Notes: a model not told the origin generated them from the letters alone. A stretch of 64,000 nucleotides of DNA from Clostridia bacterium (GCA_017399145.1 JAFQEG010000011.1:7306-71305); one strand, 5' to 3'. Positions 47,500-57,721 are shown, counted from the stretch's first letter. Numbers and translations: made by a program.

Positions 47500-49524
47500 A
47501 TGGAATATTTAAGCTACGTCAATACAAAAATGGGGACAAATAACAATCAACGATTTTCAACGGGAAACGCACTTCCTTTGTGTCAGCTACCCTTTGGTAT
47601 GGTGTCCTTTTGCCCTCAAACGGAAAGGCAAGAGGATAAAAAGGGTTGGTTTTATAATCCTAATTTGCCATTTATGGAGGGAATTAGGCTTACTCATCAG
47701 CCTAGCCCCTGGATTGGGGACTATGCAACGATTTTGTTTATGCCTCAATGCGACGTAATAGGAAACACCCCAGGGAGTGTCTGGTCAAGCTTTTTGGAAA
47801 ATGAGTGTGTTTTAAGACCTGATTATATCAAGGTAAGGCTACTAAGACCTAAATGCACCCTTGAGGTAGTGCCTAGTCAAAGATGTGGTGTATTTAAGCT
47901 AGATTTTGAAAGAGATATGACCCCTTATTTTTCTATGCTTACCACTGAGGGAAAAATAGAGGTGGTTGGCAATAATTATGGTCACGACGTTGTTACTATT
48001 CAACTAGAGGGCACAGGGCAAGCCGACGCACCCGGCTTTAAGGGGTATTTAGTAGTTAGGTGTAAGGACTTTGATTCAAGCAAGCTAACAGTCGTTGAAA
48101 AAGAGGGCAAAAAAGCAATTCACATTCCACTATTTAAGAAAAATGTTGAGGTACGTGTAGGACTTTCCTATTTAAGCTTCGATCAAGCCCTTTTAAATAT
48201 GGAAAGGGAAATTGACAAAAAATCACTTGAGGAATTGAAAAAAGAGGCTAGTGAGGCTTGGGAGGAAAAGTTATCAAGAATAAAAATAGAGGCAGACGAA
48301 AATACCTTAAAAACCTTTTATTCTTGCATGTATCGTGTATTCCTATTTCCACACAAGGCATACGAAATTGACGAAAGTGGCCGTCCTGCCCACTATGCGC
48401 CTAAGCAAATGACTAAGAAGATGGGTGTTAGATACACGGGTAGTGGCTTTTGGGATACATATAGGACTCAATTTCCATTGCTTTCTATGATTGCCAAGGA
48501 AGAGTATAAGGAAATATTAAAGGGCTTTATAGTAGATTACAGGGACGGTGGCTGGTTGCCTAGATGGAGTGCAATGGGTGAGGTTGGCTGTATGCCTAGC
48601 ACACTTATCGAGCCGATTATTGCCGATGGCGCTATTAAGGGCCTTTTAGATGATGAGGATTTATACGACGGATTTTTAGGTATGGCTAAAAACGTTTTGG
48701 AAAGGTCCTTAGAGCCTATTTATGGCAGACGAGGAATGGACGATTTTGTAAAATACGGATACGTCCCCTCGGATTTATACAGAGAAAGCGTTAATTTGAC
48801 TGTTGATTTCTCTTATGGTGATTATTGTGTCGGCACGGTGGCAGGCATTATTCTTAATAAGTATGCACAGCTAAACGAGGATAGTGACCAAAGAGATAAA
48901 ATCAATATGAATGCCTTGCTTCTTGCAAGAGATTTGAATAAGGAATGCCTAAGGAGGGCGACCTCATACAGAAGGCTATATGACGAGAAAAGTGGCTTTA
49001 TTGTGCCTAGGGATAGCGAGGGCAACTTTAAAGTGGACTTCGATCCCTATGAGTGGAGTGGCGATTATACGGAAAGCTGTGCTTGGCAGGGACTGTTTTC
49101 CCCGGTCCACGACCTTGAGGGCTTAGCTAAGCTAATGGGTGGCGAGGACAAGCTTCTTAAAAGGCTTGACGACCTAGTTAATGCAGAGGCAGACTTTAGA
49201 GTAAGCGGATATGGTGGGGAAATTCACGAAATGACGGAGTTGGCAAGGGGACAGCTAGGACAGGTTGCAATATCTAATCAGCCAAGCTTTCACATTCCAT
49301 TTATCTATGCTTACTTTAAGCAAGCTGTAAAAACAAGACAATTAGTAAAGGATATTACTAAAAGAATGTTTTCCTGGGATAAGGGCTTCCCAGGGGACGA
49401 GGACAACGGTAGCATGGCATCCTGGTACGTGCTTGCTAGCATAGGAAGATACCCAATTTGCCCAGGCAAGGATAAGCTTGTTAAGTACAAGCCACTTGTA
49501 AAAATTATCGAGATTAAGGAATAA
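47500..49524 (+). CDS. GH92 alpha-mannosidase
   Basis: PFGMVSFCPQT, LTHQPSPWIGDY, FWDTYRT, ISNQPSFHIP, PGDEDNGSMASWYV. Confidence 0.92.
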   Translation: MEYLSYVNTKMGTNNNQRFSTGNALPLCQLPFGMVSFCPQTERQEDKKGWFYNPNLPFMEGIRLTHQPSPWIGDYATILFMPQCDVIGNTPGSVWSSFLENECVLRPDYIKVRLLRPKCTLEVVPSQRCGVFKLDFERDMTPYFSMLTTEGKIEVVGNNYGHDVVTIQLEGTGQADAPGFKGYLVVRCKDFDSSKLTVVEKEGKKAIHIPLFKKNVEVRVGLSYLSFDQALLNMEREIDKKSLEELKKEASEAWEEKLSRIKIEADENTLKTFYSCMYRVFLFPHKAYEIDESGRPAHYAPKQMTKKMGVRYTGSGFWDTYRTQFPLLSMIAKEEYKEILKGFIVDYRDGGWLPRWSAMGEVGCMPSTLIEPIIADGAIKGLLDDEDLYDGFLGMAKNVLERSLEPIYGRRGMDDFVKYGYVPSDLYRESVNLTVDFSYGDYCVGTVAGIILNKYAQLNEDSDQRDKINMNALLLARDLNKECLRRATSYRRLYDEKSGFIVPRDSEGNFKVDFDPYEWSGDYTESCAWQGLFSPVHDLEGLAKLMGGEDKLLKRLDDLVNAEADFRVSGYGGEIHEMTELARGQLGQVAISNQPSFHIPFIYAYFKQAVKTRQLVKDITKRMFSWDKGFPGDEDNGSMASWYVLASIGRYPICPGKDKLVKYKPLVKIIEIKE

Positions 49525-49531
49525 CAGGTAT

Positions 49532-49577
49532 AAAGAGATAACAAATCGGTTCGTTTCCGAAATGTTATCTCTTTTTT
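49532..49577 (+). terminator. Intrinsic terminator
   Basis: AAGAGATAACA..TGTTATCTCTTTTTT. Confidence 0.8.
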
Positions 49578-49694
49578 CTATGGTGAAAACTGGGGCAAAA
49601 AACTGAAACTGTCGAAAAAAACAGGGACTGTTACATTTGGCTTGGCAAAAAAGTTCCAAATTCGTGAACATTTGAAAAAATAGCTAAAACAATG

Positions 49695-49723
49695 TAGACA
49701 ACCCAAAATTTCTGTGATAAAAT
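49695..49723 (+). promoter_or_regulatory. Candidate sigma-A promoter of the FtsK/WXG operon
   Basis: TAGACA-N17-TAAAAT with extended -10 TG, about 230 nt upstream of the first ATG. Confidence 0.55.
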
Positions 49724-49954
49724 TAAGCTGTGCTAATATAATATGCAAAAAAGACGCATTGAAAAATGGGCTGAATAATCGGCTAGAATGGAAAAAATCA
49801 AGAAAATAGCAAGTTGCAGAAAAACGAACTTTTGTCACCCTGTTGTTCGAAAATTATGAATATTCACCCCGAAAGACGGTCCAAAAGGATGGTTCAGTCA
49901 CCAGTGGGGAAATAAAAACAGAGTGAAAATAACTAGCGAAGGAGGCATTTAGGA

Positions 49955-52900
49955 ATGGATATAAAAACCTTTATCAAGGACGCAAACGAAGAATATGTCA
50001 AAATGAAAAGTGACCTTGAGGTTGAAAGAAAGACCCTTTCCGAGGCACTCAAGAAGGCAGAGGACGCTCTAAACAATGAAAGAGAGCGCTTTAGGGCTGA
50101 GGAAAAGGAGCTTCTTAGCGTTTTAGATGCTACCAAAAAGGAAAGAATCGGCGAGATTGAAAGAATTGCTACCGAAAAAATGGATATTCTTAAAGCCGAA
50201 AAGGATAAGATAATAAATAGCGAGGCCTCTCGTAGGCAAAACGTTGAAAATGCCTACAAGGATAGATTTGAGGGACTTGAATCTGAGCATAATGAAAGAC
50301 TAGAGGAGCTTAAGAGAAGATACGAAACTCGCAAAAATCTCGCTAAGCGAGAGTACGAGGAATTAAGACAGGACCTAGAAAGCTCATCGGCTGTGCACGG
50401 GGATATGGACGCTATGCTTGCAAGTCAGCAAAATCGTGACCTGCTAGAGAAAATCGATGAGATTGAGGACAGAAACGTTTTGCTTCGTGCATCTATCAAG
50501 GAGGAGCTTGAAAGCTATAGCGAAAAGCTAACTGAGTATTTAAATCTTAAGGATTTCACCTTTGAGCCACCCTCGAAAAAGGACCTTTTAGAAAGAGCAA
50601 ATAGGTATTACGAAAGCTTAGATGAGCTAAACGTATACAAGGCTAAGCTTCAAAAATCTCAGGGCTGTGATGCCCTTGTTGAGTACAACAAGGCAACCCT
50701 TGAGGAGGCGAAGAAGGAATTTGAAAAGAGCCTTCAGGAAATCGACGAATGGTATTTGCAGGAGCTTGAGGGCGAAAATCGCAAATACACAAAGGAAAAG
50801 AATATCCTAGAAAATCAAAAGAACAATTCTGATGTTGAAAAGCCTGAAATTGCCGAAAGAATCGCTCAAATTGACAAGGAGCTAAAGGAAATTGAGGAAT
50901 CTCTAATTGCTGAAAGTGGCAAGATTATGGAGGACTTGTCAAAAAGCGAGGGCGCTAAGACCAGAATGTTTAACATGATTAAGGCAGAGGAGCTAAGAGT
51001 ACAGGAGGAAGGACTTCAAAAGGCTAAGGAAAGGCTTGATGAGTTTGTTAAGAGTCAAGATAAAAGGCTTGAGGACCTACTAAACAGAATCAAGAAGGAT
51101 TTACAAGAGATAATTGGTAGTGGCAAAGACTTTTCCGTAGGTCAAATAAGAGACGGAAGGGTACGGACCGCCTTGCCGAAGTCAATTGCAATAGGTAGAT
51201 GTGGCACAACTCTTGCACAATGTGAGCTTGTGGAAAGGCTTTACGGTAAGAGTGGGTTAGAAATACCTGCTACCGTAAGCGTTGACGTTTTAGGTGGCGA
51301 GGCATTAATCTTTACCTCGGACAACGAGGAATATCTTGACAGAATTATGGGTGGTATTACTCTTAAATTCTTAGAGGAATTTCCCAAGGAAAGCCTAGGG
51401 GTTAGAATTATTTCCTCTGAAAGAGAAATATTTAACTCAATTGCTAGTGGAATAGCAGAGAATGAAAAATCAACAATTATCAATAAGGACCCACACCCAG
51501 CCCTTACCTTTGCTGATGCAGAGTCAAACAGAATTGCATCTAAGCTAGGCGGGGAGATAAAAAATGCCTTCGACCTTTACGAAAAAGAAAAGGGCAGAGT
51601 CATCACTCTTGTTGTTATTCGTGATGGCATTGAGGAAATCCTAGGGGATAAGGAAATGCTAGCGATTCTTAGAAAGCTTCTTTCTGAAAGAGGAAGAAAT
51701 TCCGGAATTAGATTTATAATTGCTTGCAAGAATACCGAGGAATTAAAGGACCTTTACGAGAGTGGACTTTCTATTTCTATTAAGGGCGAGGACGTGCTTT
51801 ATGGCGAGGAAAAAATTGACATTTGCACTATTCCAAATCAAGATATATCATTCTTTATAAAGGGTGTTTTTTCCGATATAGCATCTCTTAACGAGGGCTT
51901 TGCAGGTGGCGATATTCCTCTTGCTAGCTATTGTGCTAGCCTTGACGAGTTAGACAAGACAGAAAAGGAAGCTAAAAAAAACCAAGTCAATAAAGCCTTT
52001 TCAATAGATGGAAGAATTACCTATGAGGATTTGGGCTTTAACAGTCCTTTTGAGGAAATGGGCGAGGAGTTTGACTTGCCTATTGGCGCAACAGAAAATG
52101 GAATTGCCACAATTAGCTTTGATTGCGGAAATAAGGGTGGACAGAATACAGGTGGACTAGTTGTTGGTGCAACTGCTACCGGAAAATCCTCCCTTCTTAA
52201 TAGTCTTGTTGTAGAGGGCTGTAAGAAATATTCCCCTAAGGACCTTGAATTGTGGCTTTTGGACTTTAAAAAAGAGGGCGCAGTAAACGGATATGTCGAC
52301 TCAAAAATCCCTCATATTAAGGTGCTTAAGCAGGGTGCTAACGAGGACGATATTTATTATATCCTAAGCAACCTATGTGTGGAAATTGAGAGGAGAAGGG
52401 ACCTCTTTGAAGCAACAGGGGCAGGGATAAGACAAGAGAAATTTAAAAACGTATTTGAATATAATGAATTTGTAAGGAAAAATGATGGCTACGGCGACAC
52501 TCTACCTAGAATTGTATTGATTGTCGATGAGGTGCAGGAGCTGTTTCAAAATAAGGAAAACAGCCTAATTGCAGAAATTATGACAATGCTAGCGACAATT
52601 ACGGTAAGAGGTCGATGTATGGGTATCCATACGGTTATGATTGGAAACGGGATATGTCCCGATGATTTTGCTTTTAGAAATGCTTACATTAATCACATTA
52701 AGTGTAAGGTAAGCTTTAGAATGAGTGAGGGTGCATTGAGAGAAGCACAGCTAGGCAAGGAATTTGAGGAAATTAGTCAAGAAATTTCCACCTTACAGCC
52801 TGGTCAAATGTACGTTTCGCTTGGAAACAACATAGTTAAAGCAAAGACTCCTTATGTTAATAGTCAGTGCCTTGAGGAATATCTTGAAGAGATACGCAAG

Positions 52901-53743
52901 AATTTTAAGAATGTAGAAAATAGCAAGAATGACTACTCGTGGTTTATGAAAAATCCAATTTATTCACAAGAGGGCACCTCCCTTGTGATTGGAGAATGCT
53001 TTTACACAGGTAAGCCTGTATATGCAACCTTCAATGATAAAAGGTCGTCACTGGCTGTATTAAGTAAAAATGAGGACGTTCAGTCCCGTATTCTTTCCTC
53101 TATTTTAATAGGGGTAAGTGAGGTAAAGGGGGCAAGGGCGCTTTGCTGTAATGGTGCTAGCATATACGAGGCACTATTTCATAAAACTATAAAGGAAAGG
53201 GCAGGACTAAGCGTAAGAGGCTACGAGAAAACTGATTTTGCCGAGATGATTAAGGACGCATATAGCGAGCTTGTAAGCAGACAAAACAGTAATCAGAAAA
53301 ATGATGCACCTTTATTTGTAATAATCAATGGCTTATCAAGGCTTACTCAATTAGACGGAAGAATATCTAATAACGAGGGACCTAGATTTGCCTCATCCTC
53401 AATCGATAATATTCTTGGAAATAAAATGGGCTTTGTTGTTAGTCAACCACAGGACCATAATATTAGTGTAAGACAGGCTTGTCAGGACTTGATTACACAG
53501 GGCACAGAGGTTGGTATTTACGTTGTTATCTCTGCGGATAGCATAGAAAATTGCACTGAGCTTGTTTCAAAATGTCAGGACGTGGTTGCTACAAATGATA
53601 TTTTAGAGGATTTTGACCTTGAGGGCTGTGGACTTGGCAGACTTGTGCCATTTCTTTCAAAAATAGAAAAGGATGAACACGAAAGCGTGATTTTTACACG
53701 TGGCAATAGCATCGACAAAATAAAACCTATCATCTTTGGATAA
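49955..53743 (+). CDS. FtsK/SpoIIIE (EssC/EccC-like) ATPase with long N-terminal coiled coil, no TM segment
   Basis: About 380-aa K/E-rich coiled coil; central Walker A GATATGKS, KYSPKDLELWLLDFKK, Walker B LIVDEVQELF, RGRCMGIH; flanking degenerate FtsK-like domains. Confidence 0.85.
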   Translation: MDIKTFIKDANEEYVKMKSDLEVERKTLSEALKKAEDALNNERERFRAEEKELLSVLDATKKERIGEIERIATEKMDILKAEKDKIINSEASRRQNVENAYKDRFEGLESEHNERLEELKRRYETRKNLAKREYEELRQDLESSSAVHGDMDAMLASQQNRDLLEKIDEIEDRNVLLRASIKEELESYSEKLTEYLNLKDFTFEPPSKKDLLERANRYYESLDELNVYKAKLQKSQGCDALVEYNKATLEEAKKEFEKSLQEIDEWYLQELEGENRKYTKEKNILENQKNNSDVEKPEIAERIAQIDKELKEIEESLIAESGKIMEDLSKSEGAKTRMFNMIKAEELRVQEEGLQKAKERLDEFVKSQDKRLEDLLNRIKKDLQEIIGSGKDFSVGQIRDGRVRTALPKSIAIGRCGTTLAQCELVERLYGKSGLEIPATVSVDVLGGEALIFTSDNEEYLDRIMGGITLKFLEEFPKESLGVRIISSEREIFNSIASGIAENEKSTIINKDPHPALTFADAESNRIASKLGGEIKNAFDLYEKEKGRVITLVVIRDGIEEILGDKEMLAILRKLLSERGRNSGIRFIIACKNTEELKDLYESGLSISIKGEDVLYGEEKIDICTIPNQDISFFIKGVFSDIASLNEGFAGGDIPLASYCASLDELDKTEKEAKKNQVNKAFSIDGRITYEDLGFNSPFEEMGEEFDLPIGATENGIATISFDCGNKGGQNTGGLVVGATATGKSSLLNSLVVEGCKKYSPKDLELWLLDFKKEGAVNGYVDSKIPHIKVLKQGANEDDIYYILSNLCVEIERRRDLFEATGAGIRQEKFKNVFEYNEFVRKNDGYGDTLPRIVLIVDEVQELFQNKENSLIAEIMTMLATITVRGRCMGIHTVMIGNGICPDDFAFRNAYINHIKCKVSFRMSEGALREAQLGKEFEEISQEISTLQPGQMYVSLGNNIVKAKTPYVNSQCLEEYLEEIRKNFKNVENSKNDYSWFMKNPIYSQEGTSLVIGECFYTGKPVYATFNDKRSSLAVLSKNEDVQSRILSSILIGVSEVKGARALCCNGASIYEALFHKTIKERAGLSVRGYEKTDFAEMIKDAYSELVSRQNSNQKNDAPLFVIINGLSRLTQLDGRISNNEGPRFASSSIDNILGNKMGFVVSQPQDHNISVRQACQDLITQGTEVGIYVVISADSIENCTELVSKCQDVVATNDILEDFDLEGCGLGRLVPFLSKIEKDEHESVIFTRGNSIDKIKPIIFG

Positions 53744-53777
53744 TCGTTAGATTTAAAAGGGATTGGTATGATAATTA

Positions 53778-54722
53778 ATGGAAAACAATAATTTTAATAT
53801 GAATAACAATGATTTAAAGGACTTGGGCTTTTTTGACTTTGTGCCAAAGGGTAAGAATCAGTATACATCAATACCCTTCGGCTTTAAGGAAAATGGAATT
53901 GTAGCCCTTGACCTAGATGAATGGAAAAATGGTGGAATGCTTACGTTAGCAGAGGACATAGATGAGATAGAAGCATTGCAAGAGGCTATTCTGTTAATGG
54001 GCTGTATGAAGTATTCACCAGATGACCTAAGGGTTATGGCTATTAGTAAAAATAGCTCCCTTGCAAGTAATTTGAAGAAATGGGACCTTCCTCACACTAT
54101 AAGCACTATTTGTGTTGGGAATTACTATGACTTTGCAATGGCGCTTGAAAATCTTTTGAATTTTATTAAAAGACGAGACCAAAAGCTACAAATACTAGGA
54201 AAAATAAATAACATTCAGGTGGAAAATATCTTTGAGTTTAATAAAATCGCATTAGAAGACTCAAAAAATTCAATAGCGCCAATGGAAAGAGTAATGGTCT
54301 TTATTGACGACATATACGACATTATTGATACCGCTAGCAAAGAAAGTGATAAAGACGAAATTATGGAAAGGCTAGCCCAGGTTATAATAAGCGGTAAGGA
54401 TGTAGGCGTTTACCTAGTGGCAGGCGCAACACCTAGGGCACAGCTAGACTATAAAATAACTAAGTCGGTTGCCCCTTATGTAAGTACTCTTGGCACCTTT
54501 AGGTTGGAAAATGGACTTGAGGCAGAGTTAAGCCTAGGTGGGGACCTTGAGGGTCACACAGAGGATATAGAGGGATTAGCCAAGGGTCAGCTTTTTTTGG
54601 TGGCTAGCTGTGAAAACGGTAAGAAAAAAAGCCTAGTTAAATTAGCAAAATATGACACCTTGCAAAGAGAGGAATACGTAAGCGCAATAAAGGACAATTA
54701 CTTCTTCTTTCAAAATAATTAA
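53778..54722 (+). CDS. Stand-alone degenerate FtsK-type domain (pseudo-ATPase)
   Basis: IPFG..LDL, KYSPDDLRV, NIFEFN, RVMVFIDDI, GKDVGVYLV, LAKGQ parallel the active domain; no GxxGxGK[S/T]. Confidence 0.75.
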   Translation: MENNNFNMNNNDLKDLGFFDFVPKGKNQYTSIPFGFKENGIVALDLDEWKNGGMLTLAEDIDEIEALQEAILLMGCMKYSPDDLRVMAISKNSSLASNLKKWDLPHTISTICVGNYYDFAMALENLLNFIKRRDQKLQILGKINNIQVENIFEFNKIALEDSKNSIAPMERVMVFIDDIYDIIDTASKESDKDEIMERLAQVIISGKDVGVYLVAGATPRAQLDYKITKSVAPYVSTLGTFRLENGLEAELSLGGDLEGHTEDIEGLAKGQLFLVASCENGKKKSLVKLAKYDTLQREEYVSAIKDNYFFFQNN

Positions 54723-54727
54723 GGGGG

Positions 54728-55717
54728 ATGGGTATGAGCTTTTTTAGTAGAAAAAGAGAAAAATCACAACTCGACGCTAAAAGACTTGAGGGTGTAGGCA
54801 CAAACGAAATAAATCGTGATGGATACTGTCCGCTAGTGTGCAAAATACCGGTTGGTCTTTGCGAAAACGAGATTTACAATTTGGACTTTAGTAGCGAAAG
54901 AGACGCTTGTGCGTCTTATATGATAACAGGAAACAGGGATTCAATAAAGGGACTATTAGACGCAATAATTATAAATGGATCCTTGAAATATACACCAGGT
55001 GAGGTTTCCTTTAGGCTTTATGATACAGAGTCTTATGGAATGCTAGACCCATATGAAAATGCAAGACTTCCACATATCACAAGAATAGGGTCACATATAG
55101 GCGAAAACGAGGCTGTTCACGAGCTATTTAGACTAGCTGACGTAATAAAAAAGCGTGGCGAGCTTTTTAAGTCTCTTGGTGAAAAATGTGGGGTAGAAAT
55201 CAATAATATTTGTGAATATAATTCCTATGCTAAGACCCAAGAAAAGGGCACCTTCAAGCATAAGAAGAGAATTATAGCTGTACTTAACGGAATTAGAAAA
55301 ATTTTAAATTCTCCTCAAGCAGACGAAAGATATGTAAAGCAGGTATGCTATCTTGTTGAGAATATAGCAAAAAGAGGGTCAGCCCTAGGTGTGCATTTGA
55401 TTTTGACAAGCACAGCCTTTTCGAATAGCGAGATTGACAAGCTACTACAAAGCACCTTTGTACAAAGGGCACAGGGAAGAGTGGTCCTTGCGCAAGAAAA
55501 GAGTGAGGCTAAAAGGTTAGACTTTGGTAAGGCCTTTGCTAAGAGAATAAAGGAAATAGCAAGGTTAGGTAAGGGACAAGGCCTTGTGACAGTTGACGGA
55601 AAACGGGTAAGCCTTGTTGATATAGCAACCCTTACACCACTAGAGGAATATATTGAAATGGTAAGCGACTCTGTCTTCTTCTATGAAGAAAAAACCGAGA
55701 AGCTAAGTAAAAAATAG
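54728..55717 (+). CDS. Stand-alone degenerate FtsK-type domain (pseudo-ATPase)
   Basis: IPVG..LDF, KYTPGEVSFRLYD, LPHI, NICEYN, RGSALGVHLIL, LGKGQ; Walker A and B both lost (ITGNRDS; VLNG). Confidence 0.75.
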   Translation: MGMSFFSRKREKSQLDAKRLEGVGTNEINRDGYCPLVCKIPVGLCENEIYNLDFSSERDACASYMITGNRDSIKGLLDAIIINGSLKYTPGEVSFRLYDTESYGMLDPYENARLPHITRIGSHIGENEAVHELFRLADVIKKRGELFKSLGEKCGVEINNICEYNSYAKTQEKGTFKHKKRIIAVLNGIRKILNSPQADERYVKQVCYLVENIAKRGSALGVHLILTSTAFSNSEIDKLLQSTFVQRAQGRVVLAQEKSEAKRLDFGKAFAKRIKEIARLGKGQGLVTVDGKRVSLVDIATLTPLEEYIEMVSDSVFFYEEKTEKLSKK

Positions 55718-55727
55718 GGAAAAGAAA

Positions 55728-55973
55728 ATGACTAAGAATGGCAAGCAAGAGGCGATAGCCTTGATAAACGCACTGAGGACCTGCAAGGATTCGGCAGATG
55801 ACGGAATAAAGAGTGCTTATTACAAAAGCGAGGATTTGCTTTGGGAGGATAAGCAACGTGCTGTTTTTGATAGAAATATTGAGCAGGTAATTAGTATTGC
55901 GATAAATGGAATAAACCTACTTGACAGATATGCCAATGAAATGGAATTGATGGTTAAGGAGGGTGACAAATGA
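55728..55973 (+). CDS. WXG100-like small helical protein (central WxD)
   Basis: 81 aa, helix-turn-helix pattern with central LWEDKQRAVF. Confidence 0.6.
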   Translation: MTKNGKQEAIALINALRTCKDSADDGIKSAYYKSEDLLWEDKQRAVFDRNIEQVISIAINGINLLDRYANEMELMVKEGDK

Positions 55974-56251
55974 GCGAGGCTGATAGAATAGATATGGACG
56001 TGTCAGTTGAGGATTTGGCTTCTGTAAGAGAGCACATAAGCCTTTGCTCAAGAGCATTTTCCACAGCTACTCAAAAAATAGAGGAATATTCAAAAAACGG
56101 AAACGAAAAATATAGCATGTCCAAGGACACTAACGAAAAATCAATGGAGATTTTAGGTGCTACTGCAATGGGAATAAACGGCTTAGCTATACATTTAAGC
56201 AAGCTTGAGGATTACGTTAAGGAATACTTAAGCTGTAAGTATGAGGGGTAG
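55970..56251 (+). CDS. WXG100-like small helical protein (no Trp motif)
   Basis: 93 aa; IDMDVSVEDL N-terminus and C-terminal LEDYVKEYL resemble EsxB-like partners; translationally coupled. Confidence 0.5.
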   Translation: MSEADRIDMDVSVEDLASVREHISLCSRAFSTATQKIEEYSKNGNEKYSMSKDTNEKSMEILGATAMGINGLAIHLSKLEDYVKEYLSCKYEG

Positions 56252-56255
56252 GTGC

Positions 56256-56537
56256 ATGACCTTGAAGAAAATGAAGAAAACCTCCTTAGAGCTTCAATTA
56301 ATTGAGGCAAGCGAAGCCTTTGAAGCACTAAAGCAAGCCTATTCCACAGACTCCTGGAGTGATTCGGTTAAGGAATCCTATGGAAGATTGCTTGACCAAC
56401 AAGAGATAGTGCTTGAAAAATTAAACGACTATACCGAGGCTAAAAGAGATCTTGTGCAGGACGTAGACCTAGAGGATGTTGACAAGCTAATCCAGTTAGC
56501 AAAGGGCGTTTGCGATCAGGCAGGTGACATTAAATGA
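56256..56537 (+). CDS. WXG100-like small helical protein (central WxD)
   Basis: About 93 aa helical protein with DSWSDSVKESY. Confidence 0.55.
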   Translation: MTLKKMKKTSLELQLIEASEAFEALKQAYSTDSWSDSVKESYGRLLDQQEIVLEKLNDYTEAKRDLVQDVDLEDVDKLIQLAKGVCDQAGDIK

Positions 56538-57721
56538 GTAAAAGAAATAATCGTGCCTGTGTTAGCCTAGTTGCAATAGGAAGATTTTACAGTATGCTTT
56601 TAGCCTACAAGAGTGCCCTTGAGGGGGTCCTTCGTGAGGTAGGCGTAAGGGAAGAATACCTAGGTCAAATAGAAAAGGACAAAAAAGCACTAGAAAAAGC
56701 AAAAAATGAATGCGAGTCTAAGATAAACACCTTAGTATCCCTAAGGGCAAGACAGACAAATAGAGAAAAAATAGCAGAATACGACCAGCACATAGCAAGA
56801 ATAAAGGGCGTATCTGGATATATTGATGGTCAGCTTGACCATATTGAAAAAAAGCTACAAAGCTATAATTTACTTGAGAAAAAATCAAGAAATGTAATCG
56901 ATGATGCCTTATCTAAGGTAACCGAGGCAGAAAAAGCATTAAAAAATGCAATAGCGGTAATAAATAGCTACATAACCGAAAGCACGGGCGAAATAAGGCT
57001 TGATTCAATTCCAAGCTTTAAGACAGTACCCTTTGGGGCTGAAAGGGTTGTACCATTTCAGCTATACGATATGCCCCAAATTGTACCGCCTAAGCCCATT
57101 CTTCCAATTGATGACTTTGGTGTTGAATACTATTTTGGGTCCTGTGACTCTCACTTCGGTGATGAGAAAAGGCTTATTAAAAGGCAGGGCAAGGCATACG
57201 AAAATTATCACGGCACCTGTGGACCTACAACCGTTGCTAATATGCTAAGGCTACTTCAAGGAAGAGAGGCAACGGAAAAAGAGGTTTTGGACCTAGCTAT
57301 AAGCATTAATGCTTGTAGACGACCAAGAGATGGTGCAACCGGTGGTGGAACAACAAGCCTTGATATAATAAGAATTTTAGAGTGCTATGGACTAAGGGCT
57401 GCCTGCATAAGAGACGTAAGCCTTGAGGAAATAGACGAATGCTTAAAGAGAAATGGTGCATTAATGATAGCAATACACTCTAGCCACATAAAGGAAAATG
57501 CTAGCATTAATGAAAATCCAGGACCAAAAATTTATACAAATCACTGGGTTTGTGTCCTAGGAGTAAGACGTAGCAAGAGGGACGAGCGAGTAGTTGGACT
57601 CTATCTTTGCGACACAGGTGGACACAATCCAAAGAAAAGCGTTATTTACGTTAGTAGGACTTACTTTGAAATGATGAAGCAAGCCCTAGTTGACTTGTAC
57701 GCAGTTACTGCATTTAAATAA
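56534..57721 (+). CDS. Coiled-coil (LXG-like) protein with C-terminal papain-fold C39-like peptidase; putative effector
   Basis: N-terminal helical bundle about 150 aa; RQG..GTCGPTTVANML (Q, C), NHWVCVLG (H), LYLCDTG (D). Confidence 0.72.
   Translation: MSKRNNRACVSLVAIGRFYSMLLAYKSALEGVLREVGVREEYLGQIEKDKKALEKAKNECESKINTLVSLRARQTNREKIAEYDQHIARIKGVSGYIDGQLDHIEKKLQSYNLLEKKSRNVIDDALSKVTEAEKALKNAIAVINSYITESTGEIRLDSIPSFKTVPFGAERVVPFQLYDMPQIVPPKPILPIDDFGVEYYFGSCDSHFGDEKRLIKRQGKAYENYHGTCGPTTVANMLRLLQGREATEKEVLDLAISINACRRPRDGATGGGTTSLDIIRILECYGLRAACIRDVSLEEIDECLKRNGALMIAIHSSHIKENASINENPGPKIYTNHWVCVLGVRRSKRDERVVGLYLCDTGGHNPKKSVIYVSRTYFEMMKQALVDLYAVTAFK

Noticed and set aside
49660-49855. LexA (GAAC-N4-GTTC) boxes upstream of the FtsK operon
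   Set aside because: Only half-sites or mismatched sites (e.g. CGAACTTTTGTCAC); no full consensus
49955-53743. Cell-division FtsK/SpoIIIE or SMC protein
   Set aside because: No N-terminal TM or gamma domain, and no SMC N-terminal Walker A or hinge; the YSPxxL..DFK signature and WXG-like neighbours point to the EccC/EssC-like branch
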